Source: an uncultured archaeon | GTDB taxonomy: Archaea; Nanobdellota; Nanobdellia; Pacearchaeales; GW2011-AR1 | NCBI GenBank assembly: GCA_903831045.1 | Contig: CAIKWG010000005.1 | Location: 7,743-71,742 of the forward strand | Reading direction: 5' to 3' | Length of the DNA stretch: 64,000 nucleotides | Part shown: positions 49,034 to 59,160 of the stretch, in pieces | How the letters are laid out: every line of letters starts with the position of its first letter | Position numbering within the stretch: the first letter of the stretch is position 1 | The notes under the pieces: model-generated | Database searches by the model: none | Told to the model about the DNA's origin: nothing | Seen by the model: the letters and a program-made list of their open reading frames with translations, nothing else | Translations under genes and position numbers: made by a program

Positions 49034-49333
49034 ATGAAAAAAATACCCTGTTATGCTGGAGCAATTCAAGCACTTTCGAGTTATCTTTATGACCCAGTTT
49101 CAAAGTCTGTAATTGAATTTGATGAATACGGAGGGGTATCAAAAGTAGAAAAAATTTGGATGCACCCCACTCAACTTTTTAATGACTTAGACGCAATGTA
49201 TAGAAAACACGGAAAACCAAGAAGCATAGAAGAGGATAAACTTAAGAATCTTTATCAAGAATTTGAGAAATTAGAAATTTCAAAAAGAACCGTGAATGGA
49301 CTAGCAAAAAAACTTTTCTCAGAGATTAAATAA
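49034..49333 (+). CDS. Hypothetical protein, paralog 2 of 3
   Basis: Same motif pattern as 48681-48980. Confidence 0.75.
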   Translation: MKKIPCYAGAIQALSSYLYDPVSKSVIEFDEYGGVSKVEKIWMHPTQLFNDLDAMYRKHGKPRSIEEDKLKNLYQEFEKLEISKRTVNGLAKKLFSEIK

Positions 49334-49334
49334 A

Positions 49335-49613
49335 ATGGCAAAAATAACTTGTTATATGGGACAGATAGAAGCACTTGCTAAGTATATTTATAATCCTAAC
49401 TCAATGAGAGCAGTCAGACTAGGAGAAAAAGGAGAGGTTTTAGACACTCAAGAAATATTACATCCAATGTTAGGAGCATTGTATAAAAGAGAAGGAAAAA
49501 CTTTAGAAATTGAAGAAGAAGATTTCGATAACATCTATAATAAATTTACTCAAATGGAAAATCTTAAACGAGAAACAACCGGCTTAGTAAAAAAAATCTT
49601 ATCTCAATTATAA
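49335..49613 (+). CDS. Hypothetical protein, paralog 3 of 3
   Basis: Same motif pattern as 48681-48980. Confidence 0.75.
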   Translation: MAKITCYMGQIEALAKYIYNPNSMRAVRLGEKGEVLDTQEILHPMLGALYKREGKTLEIEEEDFDNIYNKFTQMENLKRETTGLVKKILSQL

Positions 49614-49616
49614 AAA

Positions 49617-49985
49617 ATGTCAAAACAAAGAAACCAGTACCTTCTTCTACAAACATTAAAAAAAATGTATAAGGGAACATGCATTGAAGAGTTAGTAAAA
49701 GATGCAAAATGCATTCAAGAGATTAATCCATTAGACATTGAAGAAGCAAGAATAAATTATTACCTCACAGATAAACTAGTAAAATTCTACATCAAAGAAA
49801 CAATGGAAGAAGAAAAAGTTCCAAAATTATATCAATTTTTTAATTCCTGGCAAATTAGATGCAATTTATGTGCAGATTACCTTGCAGAAAACACAATTCA
49901 AGATTTAGAGAAAATAGAAATTTTTCCCTCTAACAAAAGAGCATATTCAGATATAAATCGATTAAAATTGAATCCCTGTAAATGA
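49617..49985 (+). CDS. Hypothetical protein (CxxC)
   Basis: 122-aa ORF with CNLC. Confidence 0.6.
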   Translation: MSKQRNQYLLLQTLKKMYKGTCIEELVKDAKCIQEINPLDIEEARINYYLTDKLVKFYIKETMEEEKVPKLYQFFNSWQIRCNLCADYLAENTIQDLEKIEIFPSNKRAYSDINRLKLNPCK

Positions 49986-50121
49986 TAGCACTACAAACTA
50001 CACTTTCTAATATATATTTTATAAAATAACTATTACAATATATCTTTTAGAGAATATGAAATAATCTTTCACATTAAAATAGTACAACAATATTTATAAG
50101 GAAAATCTATCTATAAAAACT

Positions 50122-51084
50122 ATGACAAGCGAGATATGGACAGAGAAATACAGGCCATCTCTTTTTTCTGAGGTTGTAGGTCAAGATGAAATTATAAAGA
50201 GAGTTCAAGGACTAGTAAATACTCTAAACATCCCACATTTGCTCTTTGCAGGACCAGCAGGAACAGGTAAATCCACTCTAGCATTAATTGTAGTAAAAGA
50301 ACTTTTCAAAGATACATGGAAAGACAATTATTTAGAATTAAATGCATCCGATGAAAGAGGAATTAATATTGTAAGAGAGAAAGTAAAAACCTTCGCTAGA
50401 ACAAAAGCTCTAGGTTCAGTTCCATTCAAAATAATCTTCCTAGATGAAGCAGACGCTCTAACAACAGAAGCTCAGCAAGCACTTAGAAGAACAATGGAGA
50501 ATTATTCATCAACCTGTAGATTTATTCTATCTTGCAATTATTCAACAAAAGTAATTGACCCAATTCAATCAAGATGTGCTATTTTTAGATTTAAACTATT
50601 AGAAAAGAAAGATGTTGAAAAAGTAATGAACATTATTGCGGAAAAAGAAAAATTAACAATAACTCCAGAAGCGGTTGAAGAAATTTATGAAGCAAGTGAA
50701 GGAGATTGTAGAAGATGCATTAACCTTATACAAGCAACATCCTCAGTGTCTCCATCAATTTCAAAGGCTCTAGTTTCAACAATGGTTTCGGAAGCAAAAC
50801 CAAAAGATATCAAAGTAGTTCTAGATTACGCACTTTCAGGAGATTTTGAAACAGCAAAAGAAAAATTATTGGATATTATGTTAAAGGAATCTATTTCTGG
50901 GCAAGATGTGATTAAAGCTATGCAAAAGGAAATATGGAATTTACAAGTAGAACCAGATATAAAAGTAAAACTTACAGAAAAGACTGGAGAAATTGAATTT
51001 AGAATTGTTGAAGGTTCTGACCCATTCATTCAACTTCAAGCTCTTCTAGCAAGTTTTGTTCTAGCAGGCTTAGGAAAACAATAG
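50122..51084 (+). CDS. rfcS: Replication factor C small subunit
   Basis: WTEKYRP, GPAGTGKS, LNASDERG, DEAD and SRC motifs; no intein. Confidence 0.97.
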   Translation: MTSEIWTEKYRPSLFSEVVGQDEIIKRVQGLVNTLNIPHLLFAGPAGTGKSTLALIVVKELFKDTWKDNYLELNASDERGINIVREKVKTFARTKALGSVPFKIIFLDEADALTTEAQQALRRTMENYSSTCRFILSCNYSTKVIDPIQSRCAIFRFKLLEKKDVEKVMNIIAEKEKLTITPEAVEEIYEASEGDCRRCINLIQATSSVSPSISKALVSTMVSEAKPKDIKVVLDYALSGDFETAKEKLLDIMLKESISGQDVIKAMQKEIWNLQVEPDIKVKLTEKTGEIEFRIVEGSDPFIQLQALLASFVLAGLGKQ

Positions 51085-51095
51085 AGGTTTATTTC

Positions 51096-51608
51096 ATGCA
51101 ACACCTAAATATTGAATTAAAGGCAAGATGTGGTAATCCAAAAAGAATAAGACAATTTCTTTTAGAGAATAATGCAGAATACAAAGGTGAAGATCACCAG
51201 ATAGACACCTACTATAACACTAATCACGGAAGACTAAAAATACGAAGAGGAAACATTGAAAATAATTTAATTTTTTATAAGCGTGATGACAATCCAGAGC
51301 AAAAAGAATCCCAGATAATTCTTGAAAACAATCCCTCAAAGGATTTAGAAAAAATTCTCGCACTAACAAACGGAATTTTAGTTAGAGTAGATAAGAGAAG
51401 AGAAATATATTTTATAGGGAATGTAAAATTTCATCTTGATCAGGTAGAACATCTTGGGTCGTTTATGGAAATAGAAGCAATAAGTGAGAATAATCAAATA
51501 TCAAGAGAAGAATTAATTAGACAATTTAATTATTACAAGGAGCAGCTCAATATCAAGGATTTAGATTTAATTGATAAATCCTACAGCGATATGCTACTAG
51601 AATTATAA
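51096..51608 (+). CDS. CYTH-domain protein (class IV adenylate cyclase/triphosphatase)
   Basis: IELKA, QIDTYY, LKIR, K.RE and LGSFMEIE motifs. Confidence 0.88.
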   Translation: MQHLNIELKARCGNPKRIRQFLLENNAEYKGEDHQIDTYYNTNHGRLKIRRGNIENNLIFYKRDDNPEQKESQIILENNPSKDLEKILALTNGILVRVDKRREIYFIGNVKFHLDQVEHLGSFMEIEAISENNQISREELIRQFNYYKEQLNIKDLDLIDKSYSDMLLEL

Positions 51609-52075
51609 TGACAAAAATAGAAACTGTATGCATCGTGCATCAACCCCCAAAAATATTACTAGGTATGAAAAAAGTAAGATTTGGAAGAGGAAAATATAAT
51701 GGTTTTGGAGGAAAAGTAACTGAAGGAGAAACAATAGAACAAACCGCAAAAAGAGAAACTTTAGAAGAAGCAGGAATTGAGATTATCAATCCAGAAAAAA
51801 TGGGAGAACTCCTATTCCAGTTTCAAACAGAAGAACCAGATCATTTAGTTCATATCTTTAGAACTGAAGAGTACAAAGGGATAATTAAAGAATCTGAAGA
51901 AATGAAACCCGAATGGTTTTATACAGAGAATATTCCCTATAAACAAATGTGGGCGGATGATGAATATTGGTTACCATTATTACTAGAAAAAAGAAAGTTT
52001 ATAGGAAATTTTATTTTTAATAGAGATTTCCAAATAGCAGAGTATAAATTAAAAGAGATTAAATGTTTTGATTAA
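51608..52075 (+). CDS. Nudix hydrolase, MTH1-like 8-oxo-dGTPase
   Basis: LLGMKK..FG.G.YNGFGGK, RETLEEAG, ESEEM.P.WF and MW.DD.YW. Confidence 0.9.
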   Translation: MTKIETVCIVHQPPKILLGMKKVRFGRGKYNGFGGKVTEGETIEQTAKRETLEEAGIEIINPEKMGELLFQFQTEEPDHLVHIFRTEEYKGIIKESEEMKPEWFYTENIPYKQMWADDEYWLPLLLEKRKFIGNFIFNRDFQIAEYKLKEIKCFD

Positions 52076-52076
52076 A

Positions 52077-53246
52077 ATGAAAAACTGGACAGAAATTTAT
52101 AGACCAAAAAAACTTGAAGATATAAGAGGACAAGATTTAGCACTAGCACATGTCAAAAAGTTTCTTAAGGAATTTCCAAAGAAAAAAGCATTACTCCTTA
52201 ATGGACCTCCAGGAGTTGGAAAAACAACTTTAGTACAAGTAATTGCAAACTCTATGGAAGCAGAAATATTTGAAATAAATGCTTCTGATTTTAGAAATAA
52301 AGACAGTCTAAATGAAAGATTAAAACCTGCTCTAGAACAAGCTTCCCTTGTACACAAAAGCAAAATTATTCTGGTAGATGAAGTAGATGGAATTTCGGCA
52401 GTAGACCGAGGAGGATTAACCGAGATAGTTAAGCTCATTGAATTATCTAATTTTCCAATTATTGCAACTGCTAATAATGCCTGGGCAAGAAAATTAGCCC
52501 CTCTAAGAAAAGCAATGCAAACCATTGACCTAAAATCAATCGAAGATTCAATTGCAAAAACATTAATTTTAGAAATCCTAGCAAAAGAAAATAAAAAATT
52601 AAAACCCGAACTTTTAGACAAAATTGTAAAATCTGCGAGAGGAGACATGCGTGCAATAATCAATGATGTACAATCGGTTTCTCTTCTAGGAGAAAATGAA
52701 GATGTAGAAATGAATGAGAGAAATAAAGAAACAGATATTTTTCATATCCTTAAACAGGTTTTTCAAGAAAAAGCAGATGAAAGCATGCTCTCCCTATTTG
52801 ATAAAACAGATATGCCCCTAGAAGAAATTGCACTTTGGATAGAAGATAACATCCCCCTAGTTTATCAGAGAGAAGAACTTGCAAAAGCCTACGAAAGATT
52901 AAGCAGGGCAGATATTTTTAAAGGTAGAATTTACAAGCAGCAATATTGGAGATTTATGGTTTATCAGAATATATTAATGAGCTATGGAATTGCTCAAGCT
53001 AAAAACTACAACAAAGCAGGATTTTTCAAATATAAAAAACCAGACAGAGTATTAAAAATTTGGCTGTCAAATCAAAAAAACGAAAAAAAGAAGTCTATTT
53101 CAGAAAAATATTCTAACAAGGTTCATGTTGGAACAAAAAGAATTATGCAAGACTTCAAGATTATACTTCCGATTCTAAAAAACCCAACAGTTCAAAAAGA
53201 ACTTAGATTGGATGAAGAAGAAATTGCATATTTAAGTAGAAATTAA
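52077..53246 (+). CDS. rfcL: Replication factor C large subunit
   Basis: WTEIYRP, GPPGVGKT, EINASD, DEVD and GDMRAIIND motifs. Confidence 0.93.
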   Translation: MKNWTEIYRPKKLEDIRGQDLALAHVKKFLKEFPKKKALLLNGPPGVGKTTLVQVIANSMEAEIFEINASDFRNKDSLNERLKPALEQASLVHKSKIILVDEVDGISAVDRGGLTEIVKLIELSNFPIIATANNAWARKLAPLRKAMQTIDLKSIEDSIAKTLILEILAKENKKLKPELLDKIVKSARGDMRAIINDVQSVSLLGENEDVEMNERNKETDIFHILKQVFQEKADESMLSLFDKTDMPLEEIALWIEDNIPLVYQREELAKAYERLSRADIFKGRIYKQQYWRFMVYQNILMSYGIAQAKNYNKAGFFKYKKPDRVLKIWLSNQKNEKKKSISEKYSNKVHVGTKRIMQDFKIILPILKNPTVQKELRLDEEEIAYLSRN

Positions 53247-53687
53247 ATTATCTAAATATTCTCTAATTTTTATAGCTTTTTCAAGCCTATTCATTTTAAT
53301 ATAGGAGTTATACTCATTTTCAAGGTTATTTAGATAAAAATTCCCTCTTTTAATAAAATCTTTTTTCATCAAGGATTTAACATAAAGACTTTGAGTACCT
53401 TCTCCAATAAATTCTACTTCTATCTCTTCAATAAAAAAACTTAATCTAAATGCAGTCCCTCCAAATTTTGAAGGAAATTGCCCCGATTCAAATTTGTCAT
53501 AATTAGAAAATCATTTCTTAACATTATCAAAATCTTTTAAATTAACACAGATATCTAAATCTCTTGGAATTAAATCCATTCCTTGCATAGCAAGATTACA
53601 GCTTCCTATCAACATCCATGGAATATTATCTTTATTTAGGATAATAGATAATTTTTTAAGAATTTTCAAAATATTTTTATCTAGCAT
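53232..53687 (-). pseudogene. Pol-beta-superfamily nucleotidyltransferase with in-frame TGA (53511-53513)
   Basis: MLDKNIL...WMLIGSCNLAMQG...PRDLDI...VKK*FSNY...EVEFIG...; TTTATTAA 29 nt upstream. Confidence 0.75.
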
Positions 53688-53734
53688 ATGCTAGGAAATT
53701 TAAGTTAATTAATAAATATTACTTAAAAATAATT

Positions 53735-54007
53735 TTATCTATGCTTTCTCTGATATCTTCTCCAGCTTAGAGAAACAGACTTAGCTCTTCTATCTAATCT
53801 TCCCAACAAGGATCTTCTTATGTCAACAGCTTTTACAGTTTTCTTCTTCTTGCAAAGAGCAATAACTGGCTCAGCAACTTCTTCTACTAACTTTTTAATT
53901 TTAGCAGAAGTTAACTTTGCGTCTTTTGCGGATTTACTAACAGAAGATTTTAATTTAGCAGGAGAAAAAGCTTCAGTCTTTCCACCCTTTTTGATTACGG
54001 TTGTCAT
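53735..54007 (-). CDS. Stand-alone ATP-cone domain protein
   Basis: VIKKGG..EAF...KL..S pattern. Confidence 0.8.
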   Translation of the reverse strand: MTTVIKKGGKTEAFSPAKLKSSVSKSAKDAKLTSAKIKKLVEEVAEPVIALCKKKKTVKAVDIRRSLLGRLDRRAKSVSLSWRRYQRKHR

Positions 54008-54093
54008 ATGTACCTCCTTTTTTGCTAATAATCCAAGTTATATAGAATACTTAAATTTTATTAGATTACAAAGAGGAGAAGTATTCTCAAGAT

Positions 54094-55035
54094 TTACGCA
54101 CATTGAGCATCAGAACCACTAGATGCAGCACTAGTTCCAAATCCCGGACTTGGAGATGTTGTAGATAAACTTGCACCACAACTACCTGGAGCACTATTAA
54201 ATGCACTACACATTGCATCTAACATTGAAGCAGGATCTCTTCCAGCAGAAACTTGAGCTCCATTAATTACAAGAGTAGGACTTCCTTCAACGCCATATCC
54301 TTGACTTAATTGAGAATCGAAAGCATAGTATTCTTTAGCTTTACCGCTTGAAATACACTTATCAATTTTTGCTTGATCTACTCCAACTTTTTTAATACAT
54401 CTTGTTGAGTTTGAATCTTCTAAGAAACAAGTTAAATAATCTAAATATTTAGCTGATTGTTCTTCTCTAATGCAAACTTGATTATAAGTTTCCTGTTCTT
54501 CTTTATCTCCATGCATGAAGTAATGTACAAATCTAATCTTAGCATCAACAGCTGAACCTAAATTTTGAATTGCAGGTATAAATCCTTTCTCTGCTTGAGT
54601 ACCATAGGGACAATAGGTCATAACAAATAATTCTACTACTGGTTTATCTGATTTAACAACTTCAGTATTAGCTGGCGATTGCGATTTAGAAACAGCTGGT
54701 TCAGAAACAGCCATAGGAGAAATAGAAGGGATAAAATATTTACCATCTTTTGTAGAATAGAGGATTCCTTCCTGTCCATTAATAGAAGCATTTATTGCAT
54801 AAAGATTATTACCAAGACTATTAACATTATTTATTGTTGCTGTAACTCCAGCAGCATTTGCAAAATTTAAAAAGTTCTTTGCAGCAGAATTTTTAGTAAT
54901 CTGACCAGTTACACTAACTCCTGTAAACAAAACGAATATTAACATAGCTGCAAAGAGAATAGTAGCAACCATCCATACGTTTAATTTCTTATGTCTTCTA
55001 GAATGATGTTCTGGATTATAATTTGCCTCTTCCAT
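54094..55035 (-). CDS. Membrane-anchored DsbA/thioredoxin-fold protein (CPYG)
   Basis: FVMTYCPYG and GVEGSPTLVING motifs; N-terminal TM. Confidence 0.8.
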   Translation of the reverse strand: MEEANYNPEHHSRRHKKLNVWMVATILFAAMLIFVLFTGVSVTGQITKNSAAKNFLNFANAAGVTATINNVNSLGNNLYAINASINGQEGILYSTKDGKYFIPSISPMAVSEPAVSKSQSPANTEVVKSDKPVVELFVMTYCPYGTQAEKGFIPAIQNLGSAVDAKIRFVHYFMHGDKEEQETYNQVCIREEQSAKYLDYLTCFLEDSNSTRCIKKVGVDQAKIDKCISSGKAKEYYAFDSQLSQGYGVEGSPTLVINGAQVSAGRDPASMLDAMCSAFNSAPGSCGASLSTTSPSPGFGTSAASSGSDAQCA

Positions 55036-55176
55036 TGTTTTTTTAAAGAATAGTCTTTTATAAAGATTTCTATAAACAGATATAATATTATTAATTTAAT
55101 CTTTTCATAAACAAAATCTTTCTAACAAATGAATCATTATACAAAACATTAAAAATATGATTTCCTATATTATATT

Positions 55177-56961
55177 ATGTCTTATGAAGTAATTATAGGA
55201 AGAAATGCGAGTGATAAAAAACTTTTTGGAACTAAAGGTTTAGCTTACATTGGTAAAACCTATGTAAAAATGGGGCAATACACTTCTTTATCAAATAAAA
55301 TGTACATGGATGTATCAAGAAGTCATGTAGTTCTAATTGCAGGTAAAAGAGGTTGCCTAACTGAAGATACCAAGGTGTTCACAGATAAAGGTTATAAAAA
55401 TATCTCAGAGTTTAATGAAAAAAAGGATAAAATTCTTTCATACAACAAAGATAAGAATATCTTTGAATGGGAAAAGGCAAAACTCTTAGAATATCCTTTA
55501 GAAAAAGAAAAATTACTTCAGATTACTCTGGATGATGGAAGAATAATAAAATTAACAAAAGAACACCCCTTACTTTCTTCCTACGGAAAATACAGATATT
55601 ATAGAAAAGCCTATCAATTAAAAGAGAAAGATAAACTAGTAACAATTAAAGATACGAAAGAAGAATTAAGTCTATTCTTATCAAATGTAACACATTATCC
55701 TGAAAAAAATTTAGTCTGCACAAAAATCAAAGAAATAAGGGAAATAGAAGGCACAAATAAAGTTTATGATTTAACTGTGGACAAAAATCATTCCTTCATT
55801 GCAAACGGTATTATTTCACATAATTCTGGTAAATCTTATACCATGGGGGCAATAGCAGAAGAACTTTCCGCTCTGCCAGAAGAAGAAAGCCAAAATATTT
55901 CTTCATTAATTTTTGACACCATGGGAATTTATTGGACAATGAAATTTCGTAATGATAAAGATAAAAATCTTCTAGCTGATTGGGAACTAAAAACGAGAAG
56001 TCTGCCAGTAAAAGTTTTTGTACCTTTTGGATATGCAGATTTATTTTCAGAAAAAGGAATTCCAGTAGATGAAAAATTTGCTTTAGATATTGCAGAACTA
56101 GAAGCAGAAGATTGGATAATTACATTCAATTTAGATTTCATTAATCCAGTTGCAGTTTTAATCCAAAGAGCAATGAGCTTTCTTAGAGAAAAGAAAAAAA
56201 AGTTTACAATAAAAGATATTATAAAAAATTTAGAAGCGGATGAAAAATCCGATAGAGAAACCATAAACGCTGCAGTGGGACTATTTGAAGCAGCAGGAAA
56301 CTGGGGAATTTTTGCAGATGAAAAAAATGACCCAACCAAAATAAAAGAATTAATCACAAGAGGAAAAACTTCCGTTCTAGATTTGAGCATGTATAATTCT
56401 GTTGGAGCATTTAATATTAGAGCTCTGGTAATAAGTCTACTATGCAGAAAAGTTTTCAAAGAAAGAATGATTGCAAGAAAACAAGAGGAAATAAACGCAA
56501 TTTCTAAAGGATTGAATTATGGTTCATTTACAGAAAAAAAGCAAGTTCCATTAGTTTGGTTATTTATAGATGAAGCTCACGAATTTCTACCGTTAGAAGG
56601 AAAAACAATCGCAACCGATGCACTAACTCAAATTCTAAGAGAAGGAAGACAACCAGGAATATCACTTGTGCTTGCAACACAACAGCCAGGGCAAATCCAT
56701 AAAGATGTTATGACCCAATCAGATTTAGTTATTGCTCATAGAGTAACATCCGAACAAGACATTCATGCATTAAACAATATCATGCAAACCTATCTTACAA
56801 GTGCAATTCAGCAATACATGAATGATTTACCCGGTTCAAAAGGTTCTGCAATAATTCTAGATGATAATTCAGAAAGAATTTATCCAGTTCAGATTAGACC
56901 AAGATTCACATGGCATGGTGGAGACGCTCCAACAGCAATTAGTTTTGAAGAAGAAATATAA
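55177..56961 (+). CDS. HerA/FtsK-family ATPase containing a mini-intein
   Basis: Walker A GKRG|SGKS split by the intein; IDEAH, REGR and ATQQP motifs. Confidence 0.9.
   Translation: MSYEVIIGRNASDKKLFGTKGLAYIGKTYVKMGQYTSLSNKMYMDVSRSHVVLIAGKRGCLTEDTKVFTDKGYKNISEFNEKKDKILSYNKDKNIFEWEKAKLLEYPLEKEKLLQITLDDGRIIKLTKEHPLLSSYGKYRYYRKAYQLKEKDKLVTIKDTKEELSLFLSNVTHYPEKNLVCTKIKEIREIEGTNKVYDLTVDKNHSFIANGIISHNSGKSYTMGAIAEELSALPEEESQNISSLIFDTMGIYWTMKFRNDKDKNLLADWELKTRSLPVKVFVPFGYADLFSEKGIPVDEKFALDIAELEAEDWIITFNLDFINPVAVLIQRAMSFLREKKKKFTIKDIIKNLEADEKSDRETINAAVGLFEAAGNWGIFADEKNDPTKIKELITRGKTSVLDLSMYNSVGAFNIRALVISLLCRKVFKERMIARKQEEINAISKGLNYGSFTEKKQVPLVWLFIDEAHEFLPLEGKTIATDALTQILREGRQPGISLVLATQQPGQIHKDVMTQSDLVIAHRVTSEQDIHALNNIMQTYLTSAIQQYMNDLPGSKGSAIILDDNSERIYPVQIRPRFTWHGGDAPTAISFEEEI
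55354..55824 (+). mobile_element. 157-aa mini-intein (no endonuclease) in the P-loop
   Basis: CLTEDT N-terminus, TKEHP block B, VYDLTV...FIANG and ISHN|S. Confidence 0.93.
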
Positions 56962-56975
56962 AAAAGAATCTTTAT

Positions 56976-57440
56976 CTAAAAAACAACATTTCTCAATTTA
57001 TTCTTTAATTGATTGTAAGTATAATTAATCTTATTACCAACATGATGAGCTAATTTTTTAGAATAATGTTTGGTGGGATATTTGTATAATGTTTCTTTGA
57101 ATTCATCGTATTTTCCTTGGCCCAATGTGTATGCAACTGTAACCCTGTGAGAACACCAAGAAGACTTGTTAAATTTATCAAGAGTATTTTCATTTATTCC
57201 TTTTTCTCTTATTTCTTTGCCCAGCTTTTTTCTCATGCCAAGTGTATAGGGAACATGCCAGATTCCAAATGCAAGAAGTGGAACAGAAATTATAGGAGCC
57301 ACACCTAACAATCCATAACCCGCAGCAAGAGAAGCTTCTCCAGCAGGATCATTTACAAGATAACTTGCCGCCTTTCTACTAAAACCAAAAGAAGAATCAA
57401 CAATTTTCTCTATATTCATATATACTATTATGGAATTCAA
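56976..57440 (-). CDS. Hypothetical protein with one hydrophobic region
   Basis: 154-aa ORF. Confidence 0.6.
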   Translation of the reverse strand: MNSIIVYMNIEKIVDSSFGFSRKAASYLVNDPAGEASLAAGYGLLGVAPIISVPLLAFGIWHVPYTLGMRKKLGKEIREKGINENTLDKFNKSSWCSHRVTVAYTLGQGKYDEFKETLYKYPTKHYSKKLAHHVGNKINYTYNQLKNKLRNVVF

Positions 57441-57462
57441 GATTTATAAATAAATCTCTAAT

Positions 57463-58251
57463 TCACAAAACTTCAAAATCAACCCTTACTCTAATTTTGT
57501 AAGGAGCAATTTCTCCAGCCGGTTTAATCTTCAGAATTTTAATTTTCTTTCCTGCTTTAACTGCTTCAGCTCTAATCATTTCAACCTTGGAATCAACTTC
57601 ATCAACCTTGCAAAAATCATAATAATAAATTCTAGTGCCTTTTCTCGAAAGCATAAACGCTTCTTTCAAAAAACTATGTTTCAATTGAGGCCTAGGCATT
57701 AGAATAACATCAAACTTCTTTTTTTCTTTAGCAAGTTTTTTAGCAACTTTACGAACATCTCCATTTAATAGAACAACTTTTTCTTTAACTTTATTCAGTT
57801 CGACATTCATTTCGGCATATTTATTTGCTTTCCTATTCAATTCATTAGAATAAATCTTTGCAGCTTTAGTATTTCTAGCAACAACAATTGAAAATGGTGC
57901 AACTCCTGCAAACATTACAAAAACTTCATCTCCTTTCTTCACCTTAGTGCACATTTCTTTACGTTCATTGGAGAGACGAGGAGAAAAATATGTTTTATCC
58001 ACATTAAATCTAAAGACACATCCATTCTCACGATAAACAACTTCTTTAGTTTTTTCGCCTGCAAGATATTTAGTCTTCATTGTTCTAAGTCTTCCACTAA
58101 AAATATGCGATTTAGAAAGAACAGTCTTAACAGCTTTGTTCTTCTTCAAAAGATCAATAGCAAACTTCTTTTTCTCCTTACGAGAAGTTCCTCTAGGAAA
58201 ATTAACAATTGCCACACTTCCTAAAATACTATACGCTCTATGATTTACCAT
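57463..58251 (-). CDS. Trm5/Taw2-family tRNA methyltransferase
   Basis: ENGC.F, YFSPRL..ER, MFAGVAPF and ELN motifs. Confidence 0.88.
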   Translation of the reverse strand: MVNHRAYSILGSVAIVNFPRGTSRKEKKKFAIDLLKKNKAVKTVLSKSHIFSGRLRTMKTKYLAGEKTKEVVYRENGCVFRFNVDKTYFSPRLSNERKEMCTKVKKGDEVFVMFAGVAPFSIVVARNTKAAKIYSNELNRKANKYAEMNVELNKVKEKVVLLNGDVRKVAKKLAKEKKKFDVILMPRPQLKHSFLKEAFMLSRKGTRIYYYDFCKVDEVDSKVEMIRAEAVKAGKKIKILKIKPAGEIAPYKIRVRVDFEVL

Positions 58252-58301
58252 TTTACATTTCTAAGAATAAAACCAATTTAATAAAGTTTTGGAAAGAGAA
58301 A

Positions 58302-59090
58302 TTATGGAGCAACACGATTTGCTGCCAAAGCTGCTGCATTAACCTGAGCTTGACTCTGCATAATAGACCCAGCAATACTTGCAATAAATCTCATAAATCC
58401 CTTGTGGAAGAATAAAAATAAGATTGAAACAAATGTTACAACTAGCATGATAATCATAGGAACTGCTGGCCATGTAAGTGAATGATTGATTAATCCTACA
58501 ACCAATCTATAAATGCTATATCCACAGAAAAATAGCCACATAAGCATACTAAGCAAAACGCTTGGTAATGAAATTGCATTAATAACATTCTGACCTCTAA
58601 CAATATGTATTGGAGCTACCAATGCAGTAGTAAATAAGCATAAAATTAGGAAAGGTACAACTGTAGTAATGACTACACCTAATGAGGTATATGCAGAAAC
58701 TATAACAAACACTTCTTCCGGAGTGATATATGCAATTGCCAAGAAACTAACCACTATTGAAAGAACAAATTGTATTACACTTCCTGGAGGAAAATTAGTC
58801 ATTCTTAAAACCGAAAAAATTAATAGAGTTAAAATAAAGAACAAAAGATATTTAGCAATATTAATATCTAAACTTCCACCTTGCCAGTTAGTGAAAAAAT
58901 CACTGATAAAACTAGAACCTCCAGACCCAAAAATAGCATGGCCAGTAACTGTTGCACTAGTTGCAGCATGTCCAACATTAACAAATCCTAATAAAAATGC
59001 AAACAAGAAAAAGGCAAAAACTCCGATTGCAAACTGCCTGTAATTAATTTTAGCCTTTTTAGAACTCTTTTTTGCAACCTTCTTTTTCAT
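58302..59090 (-). CDS. Hypothetical polytopic membrane protein
   Basis: About 6 TMs. Confidence 0.7.
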   Translation of the reverse strand: MKKKVAKKSSKKAKINYRQFAIGVFAFFLFAFLLGFVNVGHAATSATVTGHAIFGSGGSSFISDFFTNWQGGSLDINIAKYLLFFILTLLIFSVLRMTNFPPGSVIQFVLSIVVSFLAIAYITPEEVFVIVSAYTSLGVVITTVVPFLILCLFTTALVAPIHIVRGQNVINAISLPSVLLSMLMWLFFCGYSIYRLVVGLINHSLTWPAVPMIIMLVVTFVSILFLFFHKGFMRFIASIAGSIMQSQAQVNAAALAANRVAP

Positions 59091-59160
59091 TATAAAATGA
59101 AGTCTAAGTCCTTTTTAAATATTATTACTTTAGACGAGAGGTTTGCCTAGAACAACAAAT

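Noticed and set aside
14617-53513. Stop-codon reassignment (TAG/TGA) suggested by in-frame stops
   Set aside because: Conserved genes terminate with TAG (elp3, rfcS, fen) and TGA (thrS, acdB), so the code is standard.
47355-55824. LAGLIDADG mobilising the HerA mini-intein in trans, or being an intein itself
   Set aside because: It is 7 kb away, has no splicing motifs, and the duplicated nth end points to nth as the target.
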